A DNA stretch of 64,000 nucleotides from Bacillota bacterium. Its GTDB lineage: Bacteria > Bacillota > Desulfotomaculia > Desulfotomaculales > Ammonificaceae. Positions 36,781 through 46,528 of this stretch are shown piece by piece (positions within the stretch are counted from its first letter, which is position 1; each line of letters starts with the position of its first letter). The notes under the pieces are model-generated. The model saw only the letters and a list, made by a program, of their open reading frames with translations, made no database searches and was not told the origin of the DNA. The position numbers were made by a program, and so were the translations under genes. The DNA lies in the NCBI GenBank assembly GCA_040755195.1, contig JBFMBL010000011.1, forward strand, positions 5,754-69,753, written 5' to 3'.

Positions 36781-38439
36781 TTAATCTATAGCCTCATCAA
36801 GACCGCTGCCTGCCAGAACCATGGGATAAACGTTTTCTTCCGGCTCAATCAGGCAGTTTACAAGCGCCGGACCATCCTTCGCCAGGACTTCTTCCACTAT
36901 CCCATCAAAAGCCGCGGCGCTGTCCACCGTATAGCCGGCCAGGCCGTAAACCCCGGCGAGGGCGGCAAAATCGGGGACAAAGCTGAAATCCACCCCGGAG
37001 TAACGCTTATCGCAGTAAAACTCCTGCAACTGCCGGACCATTCCGAGCCGCTTGTTGTTCAGGATAAAAATCTTCACGGTAAGGCCTTGCTCGGCCAGCG
37101 TGCCGAGTTCGGTCATCATCATCTGGAAACTTCCGTCCCCGCTCACCAGGATCACCTGTTTGTCGGGGCAGCCGAATTTCGCCCCGACGGAAGCCGGAAG
37201 GCCGTATCCCATGCATCCCAGACCGCCCGAGGTAACAAGCGTGCGGGGATGTTTGAAGCAAAAATACTGCGCCACCCACATCTGGTGCTGCCCGACATCG
37301 GTTACCACGACACAGTCCCCCCGGGTCAGGAAACTGAGCCGCTCAATGACATACTGGGGCTTAAAGCCCGATTCCCGTCCGTAGTCCAGAGGATAATCGC
37401 GCTTGTACCTTGCGACGGTCTCCAGCCAGTCTCCGCTTTCGCGCGGCGACAAGAGCGGGAGCAGCGCCGATAATACCTGTTTCACGTCGCCGACGATCGG
37501 CAGGTTCGGGCGGACATTCTTACCGATTTCCGCCGGGTCGACGTCCACGTGAATCACACGGGCGTTTGGAGCAAACTTTTCCACCGTTCCGGTAACCCTG
37601 TCCGCAAACCGTACCCCCAGCCCGATCAAGAGATCGGAGTTGGTTATTGCCAGATTCGCGTAACGGGTGCCGTGAAGACCCGCCATACCAAGGAACAGCC
37701 TGTGATCACCCGGAAAACCGCCGAGCCCCATCAGGGTTGACGCCACCGGCGCCGAAATTGTTTCCGCAAGCCTTATCAACTCCGGCGCGGCGCCGCTGCT
37801 TACAACCCCGCCACCCGCAAGAATCACGGGTTTGCTGGATTCGAAAATCATCTTTGCCGCCTGGGCTACCTGCGCCGGGTGCCCCTTGTACGTAGGTTTA
37901 TAACCCTTGAGTTGGACCTTTTCCGGGTATTCAAACTCAGTTGTGGCCCCGGTCACATCCCGCGGGAGGTCGATCAGCACCGGTCCCGGCCGGCCGGTCC
38001 GGGCAAGGTGAAAGGCCTTTTTAATCACGGAAGGAACCGCCGACGGGTCTTTTACCAGGAAGTTATGCTTGGTGATAGGCATTGTAATGCCTGTGATATC
38101 CACTTCTTGAAACGCGTCGGTGCCTACCTGAACCGTTGGAACCTGTCCGGTAAATAGTACTATCGGGATTGAATCCATATACGCGGTGGCAATCCCGGTG
38201 ACCAGGTTCGTGGCCCCTGGGCCGGAGGTGGCAAAACATACCCCGACCCGGCCGGTCACCCGGGCGTATCCGTTGGCGGCATGTACGGCGCCCTGCTCGT
38301 TGCGCACCAGGACATGTTTGATCTTGGCGCCGTAAAGCGCGTCATAAACCGGAAGCACCGCCCCGCCGGGGTAGCCGAAAACCAGCTCTACCCCTTCCTT
38401 CTCAAGACACCGGATGACCGCTTCACCGACGGTAATCAT
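36781..38439 (-). CDS. Acetolactate synthase large (catalytic) subunit, second copy without an adjacent small subunit
   Basis: ATG 38439 follows AGGAGG. TPP-enzyme sequence GYPGGAVLPVYDAL...GGLGCMGYGLPA. Confidence 0.85.
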   Translation of the reverse strand: MITVGEAVIRCLEKEGVELVFGYPGGAVLPVYDALYGAKIKHVLVRNEQGAVHAANGYARVTGRVGVCFATSGPGATNLVTGIATAYMDSIPIVLFTGQVPTVQVGTDAFQEVDITGITMPITKHNFLVKDPSAVPSVIKKAFHLARTGRPGPVLIDLPRDVTGATTEFEYPEKVQLKGYKPTYKGHPAQVAQAAKMIFESSKPVILAGGGVVSSGAAPELIRLAETISAPVASTLMGLGGFPGDHRLFLGMAGLHGTRYANLAITNSDLLIGLGVRFADRVTGTVEKFAPNARVIHVDVDPAEIGKNVRPNLPIVGDVKQVLSALLPLLSPRESGDWLETVARYKRDYPLDYGRESGFKPQYVIERLSFLTRGDCVVVTDVGQHQMWVAQYFCFKHPRTLVTSGGLGCMGYGLPASVGAKFGCPDKQVILVSGDGSFQMMMTELGTLAEQGLTVKIFILNNKRLGMVRQLQEFYCDKRYSGVDFSFVPDFAALAGVYGLAGYTVDSAAAFDGIVEEVLAKDGPALVNCLIEPEENVYPMVLAGSGLDEAID

Positions 38440-38449
38440 CGTTTCGCCT

Positions 38450-38727
38450 CCTAAACCCGGACAAGCCGGAACCAAAATATTTCACCACAGAGGCACAGAG
38501 TTCACAGAGAACAGAAATATAAAAATGGCATCCATTCGGGACTAAAATCCAATAGCCAGAAGCCAGAATATATGGAAAAACCATGAATTACTTGCTTTCC
38601 ATTAAAATTCTCAGCTTCGTGTCCTTCGTACTCTTCGTGGTTAAAAACCGTCTATTTTGATTTTCATGATGGTAACCAAATCTCCGTCTTTTCCCTCTCT
38701 GTGTTCTCTGTGTCTCTGTGGTTAATT
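38450..38727 (-). repeat. Family B intercistronic inverted-repeat element, copy 2 (long form)
   Basis: CCTAAACCCGGACAAGCCGGAACCAAAATATTTCACCACAGAGGCACAGAGTTCACAGAGAAC ... CTCTCTGTGTTCTCTGTGTCTCTGTGGTTAATT. Confidence 0.7.
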
Positions 38728-38747
38728 CCTCTTCTTATTCTTCACCG

Positions 38748-39740
38748 TTATTTTTTCAGCCAGGACATCATCTGGCGCAGTTCCTTGCCGATCTCTTCTA
38801 TCTGGTGAGCGCGCTCCCGCCGGCGGACGGCCTGGAGCACCGGCTGGTTGGCCTGGTTCTCCAGCACCCACTCACGGGCGAATTCACCGTTCTGGATCTC
38901 GTCCAGGATGCACCGCATTTCCTCCCGCACCCCTTCATCAATAACCCGGGGGCCGCTTCTGTAGTCCCCGTACTCCGCCGTGTTGCTCACCCTGCGGCGC
39001 ATCTCGGTAAGACCGCCTTCATAAATCAGGTCGACAATTAGCTTCAACTCGTGCAAACACTCAAAGTAGGCGATTTCCGGGGCGTAGCCCGCTTCCACCA
39101 GTGTTTCGAAGCCGGCCTTGATCAACTCCGATACACCGCCGCAAAGCACGCACTGTTCGCCGAAAAGGTCGGTTTCCGTCTCTTCGCGGAAGGTGGTCTC
39201 GAAAACACCCGCCCGCGTCAAACCTATCGCTTTCGCGTAGGCCAGCGCAAGATCCCGCGCCCTGCCGGAATAATCCTGGTGCACGGCGATCAAGCCGGGA
39301 ACCCCGGCGCCCTCTGTGTAGAGCCGCCGGAGCATCGGACCCGGGCTCTTGGGCGCCACCATGAAGACGTCGACATCCTTCGGCGGCTGTATCTGGCCGA
39401 AGTGTATATTAAATCCGTGTGAAAACATAAGGGCTTTCCCGGTGGTGAGATGAGGCGCTATTTCTTCCCGGTAAACCCTCGCCTGCTGCTCATCCGGTAT
39501 AAGCATCTGGATTACTTGAGCCTGGCGGGCGGCATCCGCAACAGTCGCCAAAGCCAGACCATCCGCCTGCACCCTTTCTGCGGAAGAGCTTGAGACCCTG
39601 AGTCCGACAACGACATTTATTCCGCTGTCCTTCAGGTTCAGAGCCTGGGCCCTCCCCTGGCTCCCGTAACCCATTACGGCAACCACTTTGTCTGCTAAAA
39701 CATCCAAACCCGCATCCCGGTCATAATAAACACGAATCAT
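38748..39740 (-). CDS. ilvC: Ketol-acid reductoisomerase IlvC
   Basis: [21 protein letters not shown] and the typical class I KARI sequence. Confidence 0.95.
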   Translation of the reverse strand: MIRVYYDRDAGLDVLADKVVAVMGYGSQGRAQALNLKDSGINVVVGLRVSSSSAERVQADGLALATVADAARQAQVIQMLIPDEQQARVYREEIAPHLTTGKALMFSHGFNIHFGQIQPPKDVDVFMVAPKSPGPMLRRLYTEGAGVPGLIAVHQDYSGRARDLALAYAKAIGLTRAGVFETTFREETETDLFGEQCVLCGGVSELIKAGFETLVEAGYAPEIAYFECLHELKLIVDLIYEGGLTEMRRRVSNTAEYGDYRSGPRVIDEGVREEMRCILDEIQNGEFAREWVLENQANQPVLQAVRRRERAHQIEEIGKELRQMMSWLKK

Positions 39741-40252
39741 TCTACTGCCTCCTTGCCATTCATTGTAATATCCTTGGTGCCCCGGAGCATGGCCACCTTC
39801 CCGGTCCGTACCAGCTCCTTGACCCCGAAAGGCTTGAGCGCGTTTTCCAACGCGTTTACCTTCCCCTCATCCCCCGTGACCTCAACGATCATCGTCTTCC
39901 GCCCTATATCCACGATGTGCGCCCGGAAGATTTCCACTATCTGAATAACCTCCGCCCGCCTCGACGGGTCCGCGCTTACCTTGAGCAACGCCAGTTCCCG
40001 GTCGACGTGCTCTTCCTTGGTCACATCCTGCACCTTCAATACCTCGACCAGCTTGCGGAGCTGCTTGATGACCTGCTCGAGCACCCGGTCGTCCCCTTCC
40101 ACCACGATGGTCATCCGGGAAACCGCGGGGTTTTCCGTCCGGCCCACCGCAAGGCTGTCGATATTGAACCCGCGGCGGCTGAAAAGTCCCGCCACCCGGG
40201 CCAGAACCCCGGGGTTGTTTTCTACAAGAACGGCTAAGGTATGGCGCATCAC
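39737..40252 (-). CDS. ilvN: Acetolactate synthase small (regulatory) subunit IlvN
   Basis: [34 protein letters not shown] domain. Confidence 0.9.
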   Translation of the reverse strand: MMRHTLAVLVENNPGVLARVAGLFSRRGFNIDSLAVGRTENPAVSRMTIVVEGDDRVLEQVIKQLRKLVEVLKVQDVTKEEHVDRELALLKVSADPSRRAEVIQIVEIFRAHIVDIGRKTMIVEVTGDEGKVNALENALKPFGVKELVRTGKVAMLRGTKDITMNGKEAVE

Positions 40253-40263
40253 AAATATACCTC

Positions 40264-40408
40264 CCTAACCCGGACAAGCCGGAACCAAAATACTCCACCA
40301 CAGAGTCACAGAGTTCACAGAGAATATTAATATCAAGATAAACAACAAAAATGAATACCCATATTTCCGTTTTTCCCCTCCGTGTGCTCTGTGCCTCTGT
40401 GGTTAATT
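40264..40408 (-). repeat. Family B intercistronic inverted-repeat element, copy 3 (short form)
   Basis: CCTAACCCGGACAAGCCGGAACCAAAATACTCCACCACAGAGTCACAGAGTTCACAGAGAA ... CGTGTGCTCTGTGCCTCTGTGGTTAATT. Confidence 0.7.
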
Positions 40409-40421
40409 TTTGCTGCCATTT

Positions 40422-42095
40422 TTAACCTAACATCTTTTCCAAAGATTCGCCGGGCGGAACCATCGGCACCACGTTTTCTTCACGTTCGATTACGAAGTCA
40501 AGGAACACCGGTTTTGAAGAAGCGATAGCCTGTTCGAGCGCCGGTCCCACTTCCGCCGGTTTGGTCACCCGGATTCCCTCCGCGCCATAGGCCTCGGCCA
40601 CCTTGACAAAGTCCGGACCGTAGATCTCGGTATGCGAATAGCGGCGCTTGTAGAAAAGCTCCTGCCACTGTCGCACCATACCCAGGAACCCGTTGTCCAT
40701 AATGGCCACGTTAACCGGCAGGTCGTTGCTGACGACCGTCGCCAGCTCTTGAATGTTCATCTGAATCGAACCGTCGCCGGCGATGTCAAAAACCGTTTCT
40801 TCCGGGCAGGCCACCTGTACCCCTATCGCGGCGGGGAACCCGAAGCCCATCGTCCCCAGTCCGCCAGAAGAAATAAAGGAGCGAGGCCGCGTATAGGTAT
40901 AAAACTGGGCCGCCCACATCTGATTTTGTCCAACTTCGGTGGTTATTCGGGCTTTCCCCCCGGTTATCCGGTCGAGTTCCTTAATGATGTACTGCGGTTT
41001 CAACCCGTTTTCCTCAAACTGAAGCGGATATTCCTTTTTCCAGATGTTTATTTTGTCTATCCAGGCCGGGTGCGACGCGCCCTTGAGCGCTTCAAGCAGC
41101 TTCCGGAGCACCACCCGGACGTCTCCCGTTACCGGCACGTCCACGCGGACGTTCTTGGAAACCTCCGCTTCATCGATATCGATATGGACTATTTTCGCCT
41201 CGGGCGCAAAGGTCTCCACCTTACCTGTCACCCGGTCGTCAAACCGCGCCCCCACCGCGATCAGAACATCGCACTCACAGATGGCGTAATTCGCGTAACG
41301 CGTCCCGTGCATCCCCAGCATTCCGAGTGAAAGCGGGTGATTACCGGGAAAACCGCCGATGCCCATAAGCGTCGTGGTCACCGGCGCCATAATCAACTCG
41401 GCAAGCTGCCGCAACTCCTCGGCGGCGCCCGAAATGATCACACCGCCCCCGGCGTAAATCACCGGACGCTGGGCGGAAGCGATCAGACCGGCGGCCGCGA
41501 GCACCGCAGCGGGGTCCGGGTCGAGCACCGGTTTGTATCCAGGCAGGTCCACCGGACCCGGGTCCACATACACAGCCTTACCAGCCGAAACATCTTTGGG
41601 CACGTCGATCAGGACGGGACCGGGACGGCCGGTGGTTGCGATATGAAACGCTTCCTTTACGGTCCGCGCAAGGTCTTTAACATCCTTAACCAAAAAATTG
41701 TGTTTCGTCACCGGAAGCGTAATGCCGGTAATATCCGCTTCCTGAAATGAATCCCTGCCGATCAGGTCGGTTGACACCTGCCCGGTAAACGCCACGAGGG
41801 GGCTCGAGTCCATGAAAGCCGTTGCAATTCCCGTGACCAGGTTTGTGGCCCCCGGTCCGGAAGTGGCCATGCATACCCCGGGCCGGCCGGTCGCGCGGGC
41901 GTAGCCGTCGGCGGCATGTGCCGCGGCCTGCTCGTGACGCATCAGGATGTGCCGGATGTCCGCATCGTACAGCGCGTCATAAATCGGCAACACCGACCCG
42001 CCCGGATAACCGAAGATGACCTCGGCTCCTTCCCTCTTCAGACTCTTAATCAGGATGTCTCCACCGGATATTTTTTTCAAGAACCCCACCCCCAT
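40422..42095 (-). CDS. ilvB: Acetolactate synthase large subunit IlvB
   Basis: TPP enzyme ([27 protein letters not shown]) immediately upstream of ilvN. Exact start uncertain. Confidence 0.9.
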   Translation of the reverse strand: MGVGFLKKISGGDILIKSLKREGAEVIFGYPGGSVLPIYDALYDADIRHILMRHEQAAAHAADGYARATGRPGVCMATSGPGATNLVTGIATAFMDSSPLVAFTGQVSTDLIGRDSFQEADITGITLPVTKHNFLVKDVKDLARTVKEAFHIATTGRPGPVLIDVPKDVSAGKAVYVDPGPVDLPGYKPVLDPDPAAVLAAAGLIASAQRPVIYAGGGVIISGAAEELRQLAELIMAPVTTTLMGIGGFPGNHPLSLGMLGMHGTRYANYAICECDVLIAVGARFDDRVTGKVETFAPEAKIVHIDIDEAEVSKNVRVDVPVTGDVRVVLRKLLEALKGASHPAWIDKINIWKKEYPLQFEENGLKPQYIIKELDRITGGKARITTEVGQNQMWAAQFYTYTRPRSFISSGGLGTMGFGFPAAIGVQVACPEETVFDIAGDGSIQMNIQELATVVSNDLPVNVAIMDNGFLGMVRQWQELFYKRRYSHTEIYGPDFVKVAEAYGAEGIRVTKPAEVGPALEQAIASSKPVFLDFVIEREENVVPMVPPGESLEKMLG

Positions 42096-42107
42096 CTCAG
42101 TTAGTGC

Positions 42108-43778
42108 TTATCCACCGCGTGAAGAAAAGACCGCACCTTTGCTGGCCGAAGAGACCATACCGGCATAGCGGCCCAGGTAACCATGCGAAATCTTGGACTC
42201 CCAGGACGGTAAGGACGCAAGCCGGGCATCAATCTCGGCCTCATCCAGCAGCACCTCAAGCCGCCGCCCGGGGATGTCTATCTCGATCTCATCACCGTTG
42301 CGCAGCGCCGCAATCGGCCCTCTCGCCGCCGCCTCGGGAGAAATGTGCCCGATGGCCGCCCCGCGGGAAGCACCCGAAAAACGCCCGTCGGTGAGCAGCG
42401 CCACGTCCTTGTCCCGGCCGAGCCCCGCCAGCGTTGCGGTCGCGGTAAGCATCTCCCTCATTCCCGGGCCGCCGCGCGGCCCCTCGTAACGGACTACAAG
42501 GACGTCCCCCTGCTCGAATGCGCCGTTCATAATCGCCTCAACCGCGTCTTCCTCGCTGTCGAAAACACGCGCGGGCCCTTTGTGCTGCAGCATCTCCGGC
42601 GCTACCGCCGCCTGCTTGACCACCGCGCCCTCGGGCGCCAGGTTACCGAAAAGGACCGCCAGTCCGCCTGTGGGACTGTAAGCTTCCGAAATCGACCTGA
42701 TTACCTCCGGACGGCGTACCGCCCGCCCGTTTATATTATCTTTCACCGCCCGCCCCGTAACCGTAAGCGCTTCCGTATCCATCAGCCCGGCGCCGGTTAG
42801 TACGTTCATAACGGCGGGGATTCCCCCGGCCTCATCCAGATCCTGAAGGTGGAAAGGCCCCGCCGGGTCCAAACGGCACAGGTTCGGTGTTTTCGCGCTG
42901 AGCTCGTTTATCTCCCGGAGGTCGATTTCCACGCCGGCTTCATGGGCGATCGCCGTCAGGTGAAGGATGGTGTTGGTCGAGCAGCCGAGCGCCATGTCGA
43001 CCGTAAAGGCGTTTCTAACCGCTGCCGGCGTAAAGATCCGCGAGGGAGTGAGGTTTTCCTTGACCATCTCCACCGCCCGCATCCCCGAAATCTTCGCCAG
43101 GCGGCGCCGCGCCGCGCTCACCGCAGGGATCGTCCCGTTGCCGGGCAGCGCCATACCGAGGGCCTCGGTAAGACAGTTCATCGAATTCGCCGTAAACATT
43201 CCGGCGCACGAGCCGCAGCCGGGGCAGGCGACCTCTTCCAGCTCCGCAAGCTCCTCCGTGGTCATGGAACCCGCCTTCACCTTACCCACGGCCTCGAACA
43301 CGCTGTTCAAGGAAACGTTCCGTCCGTGAAAACGCCCCGCAAGCATCGGGCCGCCGCTTACCATGATCGCCGGAATGTTAAGCCTCGCCGCGGCTATCAT
43401 CATCCCGGGAACGATCTTGTCGCACGCCGTCACAAAAACAAGCCCGTCAAAGGCGTGGGCCTCCACCATCACCTCCACGCTGTCGGCGATAAGCTCGCGG
43501 GAGGCCAGGGAGTATTTCATACCGCGGTGGTTCATGGCGATCCCGTCACAAACCCCGATGGTTGGAAATTCGACCGGCACGCCCCCGGCCATGCGCACTC
43601 CGGCCTTCACCGCTTCGGTAATATCCCTGAGGTGAATATGCCCGGGAATTATTTCGTTAAAGGAGTTGACCACCCCGATGATCGGACGGTCGAACTCCGC
43701 GTCCGTAAAACCCAGCGCCTTAAAAAGCGAGCGGTGCGGCGCTTTTTCAAGCCCTTTCTTTACCGTGTCACTCCGCAA
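42108..43778 (-). CDS. ilvD: Dihydroxy-acid dehydratase IlvD
   Basis: [31 protein letters not shown], typical IlvD sequence. Confidence 0.95.
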   Translation of the reverse strand: MRSDTVKKGLEKAPHRSLFKALGFTDAEFDRPIIGVVNSFNEIIPGHIHLRDITEAVKAGVRMAGGVPVEFPTIGVCDGIAMNHRGMKYSLASRELIADSVEVMVEAHAFDGLVFVTACDKIVPGMMIAAARLNIPAIMVSGGPMLAGRFHGRNVSLNSVFEAVGKVKAGSMTTEELAELEEVACPGCGSCAGMFTANSMNCLTEALGMALPGNGTIPAVSAARRRLAKISGMRAVEMVKENLTPSRIFTPAAVRNAFTVDMALGCSTNTILHLTAIAHEAGVEIDLREINELSAKTPNLCRLDPAGPFHLQDLDEAGGIPAVMNVLTGAGLMDTEALTVTGRAVKDNINGRAVRRPEVIRSISEAYSPTGGLAVLFGNLAPEGAVVKQAAVAPEMLQHKGPARVFDSEEDAVEAIMNGAFEQGDVLVVRYEGPRGGPGMREMLTATATLAGLGRDKDVALLTDGRFSGASRGAAIGHISPEAAARGPIAALRNGDEIEIDIPGRRLEVLLDEAEIDARLASLPSWESKISHGYLGRYAGMVSSASKGAVFSSRGG

Positions 43779-43795
43779 AATCTAACCCCCTTTTT

Positions 43796-44128
43796 GAGAT
43801 GTGAGAGGTGTGAGGTTGGAGGTGAGAATTCCTGTGGATTCTCACTTCTCACTTCCCGATCTCAGGATCAAGTACTTCCATCCGAAACTTTCAACGGAAG
43901 GTTCGCAACTGTTTATTGAATCGTAACCCGTAACTCCCTTTTCCGGCTCTTCAATCCGGAACTCCGGACTTTTGACTTATGACTCGGGACTCGCAACTCA
44001 GGGCTCGCATTGATATTTCCAATTCCTCACCCCGGACTGAGGATTTTCGAATTTCGACTCAGGATTTGATTCGCGACCTTCCCTGCCTGGATTCCGGACT
44101 TAGGACTGAGGACTTTCGACTTAGGACT
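43796..44128. repeat. Low-complexity ilvE-ilvD spacer made of short-period imperfect inverted and tandem motifs
   Basis: GTGAGAGGTGTGAGGTTGGAGGTGAGAAT/ATTCTCACTTCTCACTTCC palindrome, then GGACT(C/T/G)(G/A)GG-type units (GACTCGGGACTCGCAACTCAGGG, GGACTTAGGACTGAGGACTTTCGACTTAGGAC). Confidence 0.55.
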
Positions 44129-45007
44129 TTATTTAAAGATTTCCGGCCCGTCAACCTTCGTCAACTCGCGAAACGCCCGGATCAACTCCCAGGTGATCGG
44201 ACCCGGGCGACCGTCGCCGATGGGCCGTGCGTCCACCTTGACCACGGGGATCACCTCTGCGCCGGTACCCGTCAGGAAGCACTCGTCGGCGATGAAGATA
44301 TCGTGCCTGGTGAAAACCTTTTCCGCGACGGGGATTCCCTTTTCGCGCGCCAGGTCTATTACCGTGTTTCTGGTTATGCCCTCAAGAGCGCCCAAAAACA
44401 ACGGCGGCGTAATCAGCGTGCCGTTTTTTATGATGAAGATATTGTCCGCCGAAGCCTCGGCAACATACCCGTCAGCGGTAAGCATAATCGCCTCCTGGGC
44501 AGCGCTGAGGTGCGATTCGATCTTCGCCATTATATTGTTCAAGTAGTTAAGCGATTTAATCCGCGGGTTCAGCGCCTCCGGGATGTTGCGCCGGGTGGAA
44601 ACCGTAACGACATCCAGACCTTTCTCATATAATTCCTTCGGATAAAGCTGGATTGTAGCCGCGATGCAAAAAACCGTAGGTTTTGAACATTTATTCGGGT
44701 CAAGCCCCAGATCGCCCTTCCCGCGCGTCACCACAAGCCTGATGTACCCGTCCCGGATGTTGTTCCGGCGGCACGACTCCAAAACGACCTCCTGCATCTG
44801 CTCTTTATCAAGCGGGATCTCGAGAAGAATTGATTTAGCCGACTCGTAGAGCCGGTTAAGGTGCGCCTGGAGCTTGAAGACCCGGCCGTGATAAGCCCTG
44901 ATCCCCTCGAAAACACCGTCACCGTACAACAGCCCGTGGTCGAAAACGGAGACCGCAGCCTTTTCCTCGGGAACGAATTCGCCATCCATGTAGATTAAGA
45001 GCCCCAT
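44129..45007 (-). CDS. ilvE: Branched-chain amino-acid aminotransferase IlvE
   Basis: ATG 45007 follows AAGGAGGAAG. VFDHGLLYGDGVFEGIRAY, class IV aminotransferase. Confidence 0.9.
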   Translation of the reverse strand: MGLLIYMDGEFVPEEKAAVSVFDHGLLYGDGVFEGIRAYHGRVFKLQAHLNRLYESAKSILLEIPLDKEQMQEVVLESCRRNNIRDGYIRLVVTRGKGDLGLDPNKCSKPTVFCIAATIQLYPKELYEKGLDVVTVSTRRNIPEALNPRIKSLNYLNNIMAKIESHLSAAQEAIMLTADGYVAEASADNIFIIKNGTLITPPLFLGALEGITRNTVIDLAREKGIPVAEKVFTRHDIFIADECFLTGTGAEVIPVVKVDARPIGDGRPGPITWELIRAFRELTKVDGPEIFK

Positions 45008-45047
45008 ACGTTTCTTCCTCCTTGGCTTGATAAAACTATAAACTAAA

Positions 45048-45537
45048 GCCTCCCGCCCGGTCCGCACTTAGTGCTTGACCAGGGACGAGAGGCTAAAACC
45101 TCCGCGGTACCACCCCGGTTGCCGCTACCTCACGGTAAAACGGCCTCTTTGGTGTGTCGTGTTCAACACACGGCTTTGGTAACGGGATACCATCCCGGAA
45201 CAGGCTACTGGGAACGTAAACATTCAGGTGCTCCCGAGGGGCGCGGCAATAAGCGGCGCATAACTTCGTCAGGCTTGCCGGCCAGGTCCTCACGTATTTC
45301 CGTATACGCTCCGGCCTGTCCGGCTGCGCCTTCCTCGTTCTACTTGCTTCTTGCCGCGTTCCGCAAACGTTAGGTGACGACTGAATAGTTACTACTCGGG
45401 ACCTAACATCCTTTTCGCCCTTCGACTCGGGGGTGATTAAGAAACGCGCTCCAGCACCGGCTCGCACCAAACCCGGCTCGCTTTGCAGCAAGACAGCGAT
45501 CCTTCGTCCCCGTCTTCGTCTTTAACGGCTATGATTT
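45048..45537 (-). promoter_or_regulatory. T-box leader (candidate Leu specifier CUU), interrupted by family A copy 5
   Basis: Minus strand has a Stem I distal AGCGAGCCGGGTTTGGTGCGAGCCGG, the T-box sequence AACCGGGGTGGTACCGCGG (45102-45120), and an F-box-like CCGTTA. Terminator hairpin GCCTCTCGTCCCTGGTC...GACCGGGCGGGAGGC (45048-45093) is followed by TTTAGTTTATAGTTTTAT. Confidence 0.75.
45216..45392 (-). mobile_element. Family A miniature inverted-repeat element, copy 5, inside the T-box leader
   Basis: Termini GTAAACATTCAG (45216-45227) and CTGAATAGTTAC (45381-45392). Flanked by a decayed direct repeat, TACTGGGA (45206-45213) versus TACTCGGGA (45393-45401). Confidence 0.7.
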
Positions 45538-45543
45538 CTCCCA

Positions 45544-45573
45544 AGTATACAAAAAACATCCGCCACATGTCAA
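45544..45573 (-). promoter_or_regulatory. Sigma-70-like promoter for the T-box/ilv operon
   Basis: Minus strand TTGACA (45573-45568), 18 nt spacer, TATACT (45549-45544). Confidence 0.5.
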
Positions 45574-45616
45574 GTATAATTGTGCCAACTTCTGTTTTAT
45601 GAGCTAATTAAATTTA

Positions 45617-46348
45617 TTAACCCGGCCGGGCATTCCTAATGCCTTCGGCCCCCGTCTCTGTGACCGGCTCCAGTAAAGCCAGAACCGGCAGGTGGTCCGA
45701 AGCCTCGCTGTCGATCCTTTTTACCTCACGTACCACCCAGTGCGGCGACACGAAAACAAAATCGATCCTCTCTTCGGGTTTACCCGCCGGAAAGGTGGCA
45801 AAGGTTCGGTCTATTTCCAACGCCGCATCTCTGACCCGTGCGTAGAGAGGCGCAAGCTCGTCGGCGTCCTGCAGGCAGTTGAAATCCCCGGTCAGGATAA
45901 ACGGGTGGGTTATCTCATTTAAAACCTCGATTATTCTTCCAACCTGCATACTGCGTGCTTCTATGCTGAGACCAAGGTGTGTGGTTAAAAAACTCCATTT
46001 TGCGCCGGAATCAACCACCGTGACCTCGATCAGGCCTCTTTGCTCCCCTTTCCCCGGTAAAACCCAGCGTTTGAACCCGCGCACCGGCAACCCGGTCAGG
46101 ACCGCATTCCCGAAAAGCGGCAACCCGGCGGCTTTTAATGTTGCGCCGAAAAAAGGCCTCATCTTGAGACGCCGCCCGAGGGTAACCGCCTGGCAGCGGA
46201 AACCGCTGCGTGGTGAATAGCCGTCGACCTCCTGGAGCGCCACAATGTCTGCGCCGGAAGCCGCAATAACCGCAGCCACCCGGCCGAGAGAAACCTTATC
46301 GTCAAGCCCCTTTCCGTGCCGTATGTTGTAAGTCAACACCTTGAGCAT
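45617..46348 (-). CDS. Endonuclease/exonuclease/phosphatase (EEP) family protein
   Basis: MLKVLTYNIRHGKG...IVALQEVD...SDHLPV motifs. Start is ATG 46348 or 46363. Confidence 0.75.
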   Translation of the reverse strand: MLKVLTYNIRHGKGLDDKVSLGRVAAVIAASGADIVALQEVDGYSPRSGFRCQAVTLGRRLKMRPFFGATLKAAGLPLFGNAVLTGLPVRGFKRWVLPGKGEQRGLIEVTVVDSGAKWSFLTTHLGLSIEARSMQVGRIIEVLNEITHPFILTGDFNCLQDADELAPLYARVRDAALEIDRTFATFPAGKPEERIDFVFVSPHWVVREVKRIDSEASDHLPVLALLEPVTETGAEGIRNARPG

Positions 46349-46436
46349 GTTGGCATTCCCCACTGACTCTTACCGGTAACCTCGCCTGTTAATGATAGGT
46401 TATGTAAACTTAATCCGCCGGGTGTGCCTTATGTTT

Positions 46437-46466
46437 AACGTTCAAGGTTCAACGTTCAACGTTCGG
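46437..46466. repeat. Second CGTTCAA heptad array
   Basis: AACGTTCAAGGTTCAACGTTCAACGTTCGG, the same unit and variant (GGTTCAA) as at 35176. Confidence 0.6.
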
Positions 46467-46528
46467 CGTATAGGCAACAAGAAGAAAAAGACCGTAACCC
46501 TGTTGGTAGTCAGGTGCCGTTTGATTAC

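Noticed and set aside
42849-43919. Long antisense ORFs opposite GC-rich genes (for example 42849..43919, 34296..35159, 36715..37473, 1783..2577, 4426..5436, 8626..9423, 21658..22452)
   Set aside because: They overlap genes with clear family signatures on the other strand. Their products are Arg/Pro/Gly-rich and low-complexity, which is typical of shadow ORFs in high-GC DNA.
45216-45392. Family A copy 5 considered as Stem I of the ilvE T-box (its 3' side contains GAA-GUU-A, which resembles a Val specifier)
   Set aside because: A better Stem I, with AGCGA bulge and GGTGCGA distal-loop motifs, lies further upstream at about 45429-45511. The near-identical element upstream of cimA has no T-box sequence after it. 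The element also has its own inverted termini.
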